This document shows, piece after piece, positions 56,082 to 64,000 of a DNA stretch of 64,000 nt. The position numbers and the translations under genes are program-made. The DNA comes from Trueperaceae bacterium (GTDB lineage Bacteria; Deinococcota; Deinococci; Deinococcales; Trueperaceae), in assembly GCA_965214405.1 (NCBI GenBank), contig OZ243956.1, forward strand, positions 4,000,001-4,064,000, in the 5' to 3' direction. The number at the start of each line of letters is the position of its first letter. Position 1 is the first letter of the stretch. The notes under the pieces were generated by a model that did not search any database, had not been told where the DNA came from, and saw nothing but the letters and a program-made list of their open reading frames with translations.

Positions 56082-59000
56082 GTGCTGCCTGTGCTAGCGC
56101 CGACCCGTTATCTGCGGCTACTCGCGGTAGTCCTACTGCTGGGCGGACTGGGGCTCGGCTACGCCCAGGACCCCTTTAGCAAACGCCACAGCGAAAATGA
56201 AAAAGGCGACATCCAGATAGTCGGCAACACCCTGATGACCTGTATCGACGGGACGACCGACACCTACACCGGTAATTCTGCCTTGTGTCAGGATGCCCAG
56301 CAGGGTTTAGCGCCCGCTGCCAACAACGGCTTCACGATGCGGTACGTGAACGTCGATACCAGCGGCGCACCTCCGTCAACAACTATTTTCAACTCGAGTA
56401 CCGCGGACTTTACTCTGCCCCCCGACGCGACGGTCAAGTGGGCGGGGCTCTACTGGTCGGGACGCAAATCGGCGGGCGGGGGCGGCAGTATAGCCCCCGC
56501 CCCCGCCAACGATGAAAACACCGTCCTGCTACGCGTGCCGGGGGGCGGCTACCAGAGCCTCACGGCCGACGAACTGAGCACCAGCGGGGACACCTTTAGC
56601 GGTTTCAAAGAGGTCACCCCTCAGGTTGCGGCGGGGGGCAGCGGCACCTACGCGGTGGCGAACGTCCAAGCCGCCACGGGTAGGGACCGTTACGCCGCCT
56701 GGAGCCTCGTTATCGTGTACGCGGACCCCAGCCAAACGCTGCGCAACTTGAGCGTTTTCGACGGCTTGGTGACCATTGGCAGCACCGCGGACGTCATCAA
56801 CGTCAGCGGGTTCCTGACCCCTAACAGCGGTCCGGTCAGATCAACCGTCGGCATCGTATCTAACGAGGGGGACAGCGGCATCCCCGGCGACGGGGCGTCG
56901 CTAAAGGGCGGGAGTAGCGCGACACCCACACCGCTGTCCGACGTGGTGAACCCGGCGACAAACTACTTCAACAGCACCATCTCACGCTTCGGCGCGCACG
57001 TCACGGCGAAAAATCCCAACTACGTGGACCAGTTGGGCAGCGACATTGACGTGCTCGACGCGAGCAACATCCTCCGCAACCGGGAAACGAGTGCGGCCAT
57101 CAACCTAACGACGTCCGGCGACGTTTACTATCCCAGCGTCGTCACCTTCGTCACCGACATCGAGCCGGTCTTGACCGTGACCAAAACTTACACCGATGTC
57201 AACGGGGGCAACGTTAATATCACGGACGAACTCGAATACACCCTGCTCATCGAGAGCACCGGGGTCGACACCGCGAACAGCGTCGTCTTAAAGGACGCCG
57301 TCCCCGAGTTCACGACCTACGTGCCGGGTAGCATAGAAGTCATCAGCGGTGCCAACAGCGGTGCGAAAACAGACGCCAGCGGGGACGACCAGGCTGCGTA
57401 CGACAGCACCGGCGACGAGCTGACCTTTTATCTGGGCACGGGCGCGACGGCGGGGGGCGGCGGCACCATCGCCGTGGGTGAGTCCACCACGATTCGCTTC
57501 CGCGTGTCGGTCGACCCCAACACGCCCGACGGCTATGAAATCGTCAACTTCGCCCGCGTGGACTACACCGGGCAGGCGACCGGGGTGGGCTACGCGGACA
57601 CGAGTTCCGTCGCCGCCGTGGCGGTCACCAACCCCGACAGCGACGGCGACGGCAACCCCGACTTTTTTGACATTGACGACGACAACGACGGCATCTTGGA
57701 CGTCGACGAGGGCGCGGGGGACGCGGACGGGGACGGCGTGCCCGACGCGCTCGACATCGACAGCGACAACGACGGGTTGAGCGACTTGCTCGAGTCGCAA
57801 GGCGACCTGCCGACCGTCATCTACCCGACCGGCACCGACGCCGACAACGACGGCTTGGACGACGCCTTCGATAGCGACACCGGCAGCAACGACCCCGCCG
57901 CCAGCCGCCCCACCTACACCGTAACGCTGCTCGACTCGGACAGCGACGGCAACCCGGACCACCTAGACATCGACAGCGACAACGACGGCTTGACCGACCT
58001 AGACGAAGCGTTCGACACCGACGGCGACGGCAAGGCGGACACGGTTCCGGCGAACGCTGACCTCGACAACGACGGGCTGGACGACGCCTTCGACACCTAC
58101 GACAACACCACGCCCAGCGGCACCGCCAACACGAACGCGGGGAGCAGCAACGCCGCGCCCGCCAACAGCGACGGCGACGCCCGGCCCAATCACTTAGACA
58201 TCGACAGTGACGACGACGGTTTGACCGACCTAGACGAAGCGTTCGACACCGACGGCGACGGCAAAGCGGACGTCACCCCGACAGCGGCCGACGCGGACGG
58301 CGACGGCATGGTGGACGCTTTCGACAACGACGACGCAAATGTCAATCCTGTAGCGAGCGCCGCTCCCGTACCACCCACAAACAGTGACGCAGATAGTAGA
58401 GCCAACCACCTCGACATCGACTCAGACGGGGACGGCATCACCGACACGAATGAAGCCTTCGATACGGACGGCGACGGGCAGGCGGACACGACTCCGACCA
58501 ATGCGGACGCCGACGGGGACGGGCTGGACGACGGTTTCGACAACGCCGACACAGACCCTGCCCCCGTGGCGAGCGCCGCCCCCATCCCGCCGACGAACAG
58601 CGACGCGGATGGCCGCGCGAACCACCTCGACATCGACGCGGACGACGACGGCATCCCTGACAATATCGAAGCTCAGGCCACCGCAGGGTATACCCCTCCT
58701 ACAGGTAACGACGCCGACGGGGACGGGCTGGACGACGCCTACGATGCGGACGACGGGAACACCGACCCGTTCGTCAGCGCGGGGCTCACGCCTGAGAACA
58801 CCGACGGGAGCGACAACGCCGATTTTCTGGACGGTGATAGCGACAACGACACCGTGCCCGACCTCAACGAAGGCCGCCAGGGCACGCCCAGCGGCGCGGA
58901 CGCCGACAACGACGGGCTGGACGACGGCTTTGACACGGTAGGCGGCGCGGACGTCAACGACGACATCGACGACCCCACCGACCCCGCCCAACTCCCTGAC

Positions 59001-62000
59001 GCGGACGGCGACGCGGGCGGGGGCGGCGCGAACGGGGACGCCGACTACCGCGAGGTGGACGCCGACGGGAACGGCATTCCTGATGCGGTCGAAGCGGGCG
59101 CGGACCCCACCAACCCGGTCGACACGGACGGCGACGGCGTGCCCGACTACGCCGACTTGGACAACGACAACGACGGCATTTTAGACGCGACCGAACTCGG
59201 TCCTGACCCGACTAACCCACGTGACACGGACGGGGACGGGACGCCCGACTACCTGGACCTCGACGCGGACAACGACGGGATAACGGACGCCCTCGAGACC
59301 GGCAGCCCCGACGCGAACGGTGACGCCATTATCGACGGCTTTGTCGATACCAACGGCAACGGCCTCGCTGACAGCGTCGACCCCGCCCTGGGCAATCCGG
59401 CGGTCACGCCGCCGAACTTTGACGGCGACACGCAACCCGACTACTTAGACCTCGATGCGGACGACGACGGCATCGTCGACCTCATAGAGGCGGGGGGCAA
59501 CGACTTGGACCGCGACGGGACCGTCGACGGCTTTGTCGACACGGACGGCGACGGCTTGGCGGACGCCGTCGACCCGACGCTCGCGCTCAACCCCGGCACC
59601 CCGCTGCCCGTCCCGAACAGCGACGGTAACGGTGGGCCGGATTACTTAGACATCGACGCGGACGACGACGGCATCCCCGACAACATCGAGGCGCAGCCTA
59701 CGTTGGGGTACGTTCCTCCTGCGGGCAGTGACGCGGATGGCGACGGTTTGGACGACGCCTACGACGGCTATGACGACGACGGGGACGCGGGTACGCCTGG
59801 GGTGAGTGGGCTCGAGCCCCAAAACACCGACGGCGCGGACGTTCCCGACTACCTGGATGCCGATTCCGACAACGACACCGCGCCCGACGTCGCCGAGGGC
59901 GGGCGCGGCACCTTTGTGGGCAGCGACGCGGACGGCGACGGGCTGGACGACGGCTTCGACCGCGTCCCGGGACGCGACGTCAACGACGACATTAGCGACC
60001 CGGTCACCGACCTCCCCGACGCCGAGGGCGACGCGGGCGACGGCGGCGGGGCGGACGTGGATTACCGCGCCACCGACGACACCGACGGCGACGGCGTCGT
60101 CGATTCGGTTGACTTGGACGACGACAACGACGGCATTCCTGATACGGTCGAGGGCGTAAGCGACACCGACGGCGACGGCGTGCCGGACGCGCGCGACCGC
60201 GACTCGGACAACGACGGCATCCCCGACGTGACCGAGGCAGGTGGCACGGACGCAGATGGGGACGGCGTCATCGACGGCTTTACTGATGCCAATAACGACG
60301 GGTTGCACGACCCCCTCGCCGCCACCCCGCTCCCCGTGCCCGACACAGACGGGGATGGCAAGCCGAATTACCTAGACATCGACAGTGACGACGATGGGAT
60401 AACCGACACCACCGAGGCAGGTGCAACACCTGGACTGCCCATCAACAGTGACGGCGACGCCCTCCCCGACTACCTTGACATCGACGCGGACGACGACGGC
60501 ATTCCCGACAATATAGAAGCGCAGCCAACCGTGGGCTACGTTTTGCCGAGTGGCGTCGATGCCGACGGCGACGGTTTAGACGACGCCTACGACGCCGACC
60601 CCGCTGACAGATCCCCGGCGGCGAGCGGGGTGAGCCCGCGAAACACCGACGGCGCGGACGCCCCCGATTACTTGGATGCCGACTCGGACAACGACGGGTT
60701 GACCGATGTTGTTGAGGGCGGCCGGGGCACGCCCGTGAACGCCGATGCGGACGGGGACGGCTTAGACGACGGCTTCGACCGCGTGCCTGGACGCGACGTC
60801 AACGACGACCTGAGCGACCCCTCGAGCGAGCTGCCCGACGACGACGGCGACGCGAACGCTGGCGGCAACGTGGACTACCGCGACAACGACGACAACGATG
60901 GCGACGGCGTCCCCGACATAGTCGACCTGGACGATGACAATGACGGGATTCCCGATACCGACGAGGGCGCGCCCACCGCTGATTTTGATGGCGACGGCGT
61001 TCCCAACAGGTTCGACGCCGACTCGGATAACGACGGCGTCCCGGACGTGACCGAGGCGGGCGGTGTGGACGCCGACGGGGACGGCGTGGTTGACGGCTTT
61101 ACCGATGCCAACAACGACGGTCTGCATGACCCCCTCGCGGCTACCCCGCTGCCCGTGCCCGACACGGACGGGGACGGCCACGCAAACTACCTGGATATTG
61201 ATTCTGACGGCGACGGCCTGAGCGACACCACCGAAGCCGGAACGGACCCGACGCGCCCTGCGGACGGCGACAACGATGGCGTTGACGATTACCTGGACAT
61301 CGACGCGGACGACGACGGCATCCCCGACAACGTCGAAGCGCAAACGACCGTGGGCTACCTGCCGCCGAGCGGCGTGGACGCGGACGGCGACGGGTTGGAC
61401 GACGCCTATGACGCGGCCACGAATAACAAGTCTGAAGCGGCAAGCGCGGGCCTGGCACCCGAAAACACGGACGGCGTAGACGCTCCCGACTATTTGGACA
61501 GCGACTCTGACAACGACGGTCTGAGCGACGTTGCCGAGGGAGGACGGGGGACGCCGACCGGCGCGGACGCGGACGGCGACGGTCTGGACGACGGCTTCGA
61601 CCGGGTGCCCGGACACGACGTCAATGACGACATCACCTCCCCCGCCGCCGCGCTTCCGGACGACGACGGCGACGTGAACGCGGGCGGCGACGTGGACTAC
61701 CGCGACAACGACGATGCGGACGGGGACGGCGTCCCCAACACGACCGACTTAGACGACGACAACGACGGCATCCCCGACACTGTAGAGGGCATCACCGACA
61801 GCGACGGAGATGGTATTCCCAACAGCCTCGACCGTGACAGCGACAACGACGGCATTCCCGACGCGGTTGAAGCCGGGGGCGAGGACCCCGACGGCGACGG
61901 TGTCATCGGCGTGGGCACCCCCGCCGACGTCGACGGCGACGGCTTACCCGACACGGTAGACCCCGACCAGGGCGGGACGCCCTTACCCGTACCCGACACC

Positions 62001-63545
62001 GACGGGGAGGGTAAACCGGACTACCTGGACCTAGACTCGGACAACGACGGCGTCTCCGACGCGACCGAGGCGGGCGCTGCGCCGAACGGGCCGGCGGACA
62101 GTGACGGCGACGGGCTGCCGGACTACCGGGACATCGACGCCGACGATGACGGCATTCCCGACAATATAGAAGCGCAGACGACCGCAGGGTATATCCCTCC
62201 CACGGGCAACGACGCCGACGGCGACGGGCTGGACGACGCTTACGACGCGGACGACGCTTCGGCGGACCCGGACGCCAGCGGCGGTTTGACCCCCGTCAAC
62301 ACGGACGGGGCGGACGCGCCCGACTACTTAGACGGCGACAGCGACAACGACGGGGTGGACGACCTGACCGAGGGCGGGCGGGGCACCCCCACGGGCAGTG
62401 ACAGCGACGGCGACGGTCTCGACGACGGCTTTGACGACGTGGTCGGCCCCGACCCCGCCGACGGCATCAACGCGCCCGCCACCGACCTGCCCGACCGCGA
62501 CGGCGACGGCGAGCCCGACTACCGCGACGTAGGCGGGACCGCAGGGGCGACCGTGCTGCTCGAGAAACGCGCGGCGGCGGGCGACTACACCGTGGGCAGC
62601 CGCGTTCCCTACACGGTTACGGTAAGCAACCCCAACAGCAGCGAAATTACGGTGACGCTGACCGACACGCCGCCCGCGGGCACGCTCTACGTTACGGACT
62701 CGGCGGAGGTCACGGTGAGCGGCGCGACCGAGGCCCTCGAGCCCACCCTCGGCGACGACGGACGGCTCAGTTGGACCGACCTCACCCTGGCGGCGGAGCA
62801 AACCGCGACGATCACCTACAGCCTGCGCGTGCTGCCGGAGGCGGCGAGCCCCCTGCGCAACACGGCGGCGGTGAGCGGTCTCGACGTAAGCGGGCGCGCC
62901 GTCAGCGCGGAGGCGGTCAGCGCCGAAACCACCCTACGCATGGGCGTCTTCGGACAAGCGGAAGGCTTAATTATCGGGCGCGTCTACTTAGACAGCGACC
63001 GCAACGACCGCTACAACGGGGGCGACGTGCCCCTGCCGGGGGCCCGCGTCATCCTGAGCAACGGCTATCAAACCCTAACGGACGCCGAGGGGAACTACGC
63101 CTTCCGCGACGTCTCCAGCGACACCCCCGGCGAGGCCTGGACGGTGGGGCTCGACCGCGCCACCGCGCCCTACGCCCCGCGCCCCCACAAGAACGCGGTG
63201 GGCGACGGCTACTTGCACTACGTGCGGGTGGAAAACGTCACCGTCAGCGACTTCCCGCTCGAGCCCCCGGTAGGCCTCGCCCGCGCCACCCGCGAGACGA
63301 GCTTGACCTTTGGACCCTTGCGCGTAGACAAGCGGCTCGTCCCGCTGCCGAACGGCGTGCGCGTCGTCCTGACAGTGACGAGCGACGAGCCGGTGCGCGA
63401 CCTCACCCTGACCGACCCTGTACAAGGTGGTGACGACAAGATGTTCGTGTTCGATTCTTTCGAGGGTAGCGAGACCCTCACCTACGACCTGCCCGCGGGC
63501 GCGGTGCTGACCGACCCCGTCGTGCGTGTAGGAGGTGACCAATGA
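56082..63545 (+). CDS. Giant exported surface protein: DUF3344-like N-terminus, DUF11, long TSP3-like DxDxDG Ca-binding repeat region, DUF11, SdrD/Cna-B-like domain
   Basis: Signal peptide ending GYA|Q; WAGLYWSG; LTVTK...LEYTL...YVPGS; very many DxDxDG motifs; LEK...VPYTVTVSN; IGRVYLDSDRN...GARV...TDAEGNYAF. Confidence 0.88.
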   Translation: MLPVLAPTRYLRLLAVVLLLGGLGLGYAQDPFSKRHSENEKGDIQIVGNTLMTCIDGTTDTYTGNSALCQDAQQGLAPAANNGFTMRYVNVDTSGAPPSTTIFNSSTADFTLPPDATVKWAGLYWSGRKSAGGGGSIAPAPANDENTVLLRVPGGGYQSLTADELSTSGDTFSGFKEVTPQVAAGGSGTYAVANVQAATGRDRYAAWSLVIVYADPSQTLRNLSVFDGLVTIGSTADVINVSGFLTPNSGPVRSTVGIVSNEGDSGIPGDGASLKGGSSATPTPLSDVVNPATNYFNSTISRFGAHVTAKNPNYVDQLGSDIDVLDASNILRNRETSAAINLTTSGDVYYPSVVTFVTDIEPVLTVTKTYTDVNGGNVNITDELEYTLLIESTGVDTANSVVLKDAVPEFTTYVPGSIEVISGANSGAKTDASGDDQAAYDSTGDELTFYLGTGATAGGGGTIAVGESTTIRFRVSVDPNTPDGYEIVNFARVDYTGQATGVGYADTSSVAAVAVTNPDSDGDGNPDFFDIDDDNDGILDVDEGAGDADGDGVPDALDIDSDNDGLSDLLESQGDLPTVIYPTGTDADNDGLDDAFDSDTGSNDPAASRPTYTVTLLDSDSDGNPDHLDIDSDNDGLTDLDEAFDTDGDGKADTVPANADLDNDGLDDAFDTYDNTTPSGTANTNAGSSNAAPANSDGDARPNHLDIDSDDDGLTDLDEAFDTDGDGKADVTPTAADADGDGMVDAFDNDDANVNPVASAAPVPPTNSDADSRANHLDIDSDGDGITDTNEAFDTDGDGQADTTPTNADADGDGLDDGFDNADTDPAPVASAAPIPPTNSDADGRANHLDIDADDDGIPDNIEAQATAGYTPPTGNDADGDGLDDAYDADDGNTDPFVSAGLTPENTDGSDNADFLDGDSDNDTVPDLNEGRQGTPSGADADNDGLDDGFDTVGGADVNDDIDDPTDPAQLPDADGDAGGGGANGDADYREVDADGNGIPDAVEAGADPTNPVDTDGDGVPDYADLDNDNDGILDATELGPDPTNPRDTDGDGTPDYLDLDADNDGITDALETGSPDANGDAIIDGFVDTNGNGLADSVDPALGNPAVTPPNFDGDTQPDYLDLDADDDGIVDLIEAGGNDLDRDGTVDGFVDTDGDGLADAVDPTLALNPGTPLPVPNSDGNGGPDYLDIDADDDGIPDNIEAQPTLGYVPPAGSDADGDGLDDAYDGYDDDGDAGTPGVSGLEPQNTDGADVPDYLDADSDNDTAPDVAEGGRGTFVGSDADGDGLDDGFDRVPGRDVNDDISDPVTDLPDAEGDAGDGGGADVDYRATDDTDGDGVVDSVDLDDDNDGIPDTVEGVSDTDGDGVPDARDRDSDNDGIPDVTEAGGTDADGDGVIDGFTDANNDGLHDPLAATPLPVPDTDGDGKPNYLDIDSDDDGITDTTEAGATPGLPINSDGDALPDYLDIDADDDGIPDNIEAQPTVGYVLPSGVDADGDGLDDAYDADPADRSPAASGVSPRNTDGADAPDYLDADSDNDGLTDVVEGGRGTPVNADADGDGLDDGFDRVPGRDVNDDLSDPSSELPDDDGDANAGGNVDYRDNDDNDGDGVPDIVDLDDDNDGIPDTDEGAPTADFDGDGVPNRFDADSDNDGVPDVTEAGGVDADGDGVVDGFTDANNDGLHDPLAATPLPVPDTDGDGHANYLDIDSDGDGLSDTTEAGTDPTRPADGDNDGVDDYLDIDADDDGIPDNVEAQTTVGYLPPSGVDADGDGLDDAYDAATNNKSEAASAGLAPENTDGVDAPDYLDSDSDNDGLSDVAEGGRGTPTGADADGDGLDDGFDRVPGHDVNDDITSPAAALPDDDGDVNAGGDVDYRDNDDADGDGVPNTTDLDDDNDGIPDTVEGITDSDGDGIPNSLDRDSDNDGIPDAVEAGGEDPDGDGVIGVGTPADVDGDGLPDTVDPDQGGTPLPVPDTDGEGKPDYLDLDSDNDGVSDATEAGAAPNGPADSDGDGLPDYRDIDADDDGIPDNIEAQTTAGYIPPTGNDADGDGLDDAYDADDASADPDASGGLTPVNTDGADAPDYLDGDSDNDGVDDLTEGGRGTPTGSDSDGDGLDDGFDDVVGPDPADGINAPATDLPDRDGDGEPDYRDVGGTAGATVLLEKRAAAGDYTVGSRVPYTVTVSNPNSSEITVTLTDTPPAGTLYVTDSAEVTVSGATEALEPTLGDDGRLSWTDLTLAAEQTATITYSLRVLPEAASPLRNTAAVSGLDVSGRAVSAEAVSAETTLRMGVFGQAEGLIIGRVYLDSDRNDRYNGGDVPLPGARVILSNGYQTLTDAEGNYAFRDVSSDTPGEAWTVGLDRATAPYAPRPHKNAVGDGYLHYVRVENVTVSDFPLEPPVGLARATRETSLTFGPLRVDKRLVPLPNGVRVVLTVTSDEPVRDLTLTDPVQGGDDKMFVFDSFEGSETLTYDLPAGAVLTDPVVRVGGDQ

Positions 63546-64000
63546 GACGCTTTAGAGCCGCTCTCTTGGTAACTTTACTCCTCTCACTGGCTCACACCCT
63601 GGCGCAAGCCCCCGCAACCTTCAAGGGCGTGGTGGTGGGCGACGCGCTGGGCTGGGAGACGAACCGCTTGGCGCTGACCCTCGAGGTGTCCCAAGCCACC
63701 GACGTGACCCTGAACCTTTACTCTCCCGGTTTCGACCCGGACGACTACCGCGCCGCCCTGCGGGGCGAGCGCGAGGTCGGGGACGAGCGCTACGACGAAG
63801 GCGAGGGGAACGTCGTCACGACTTTTAGCTTGCAGTACGGCGCTCAGGAGGTGGCGAGCCGCCGCTACGGCGTCGAGCCGCACCGCGATGACATCCTTTT
63901 TGAGGGCAGGCTCGAGCCCGGCGTCTACACCCTCACCGCCGAGCTGCAAGGTCTGGCGAAAAACGCCTTTGTTTATACGTTTAATAGCTCTCAGCCCGAC
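63542..64000 (+). CDS. Exported partner protein of the DUF11 operon (runs off window)
   Basis: ATGA overlap; MRRFRAALLVTLLLSLAHTLAQ signal; YSPGFDPDDYR; open to the window end. Confidence 0.8.
   Translation, partial: MRRFRAALLVTLLLSLAHTLAQAPATFKGVVVGDALGWETNRLALTLEVSQATDVTLNLYSPGFDPDDYRAALRGEREVGDERYDEGEGNVVTTFSLQYGAQEVASRRYGVEPHRDDILFEGRLEPGVYTLTAELQGLAKNAFVYTFNSSQPD

Noticed and set aside
57600..62540. Dense repeats as a possible CRISPR or non-coding array
   Set aside because: They are in-frame, synonymously diverged protein repeats within one ORF, with no constant repeat-spacer pattern. No cas genes are present in the window.

Overview
GC-rich bacterial chromosome segment. Gene content and promoter style point to Deinococcota, probably Trueperaceae-like; this is an inference. 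Left ~41 kb is mostly host genes: a two-TolC MacAB-type efflux operon, aroE/ltaE, a Pcs-like phosphatidyltransferase, a CPA1 antiporter, metK, zwf/gnd, paaR-paaABCD with a PaaR operator, 2-oxoacid dehydrogenase E1 alpha/beta, and an MFS/hydrolase/methyltransferase run. Interspersed are three intact toxin-antitoxin pairs, a lone AT-rich KAP-like NTPase and two complete IS elements with visible TIRs and TSDs. A Ser-Ser-Arg tRNA operon (40974-41381) anchors an integrase-bearing accessory region. That region holds a regulated decarboxylase/FAD-oxidase module with a duplicated 11-bp-repeat promoter and a STAND regulator, and a Tn3 remnant. It also holds the most notable structure: three direct-oriented, recombination-site-like repeats that divide an Xre-RES TA module and a YhcG + tyrosine recombinase module into cassette-like units. 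The window ends with a 2487-aa DUF11/TSP3-repeat surface protein and the start of its partner gene. Two window-wide signals stand out: strong over-representation of CTCGAG and many leaderless-type promoters. All family calls come from motif recognition by eye; no searches were run.
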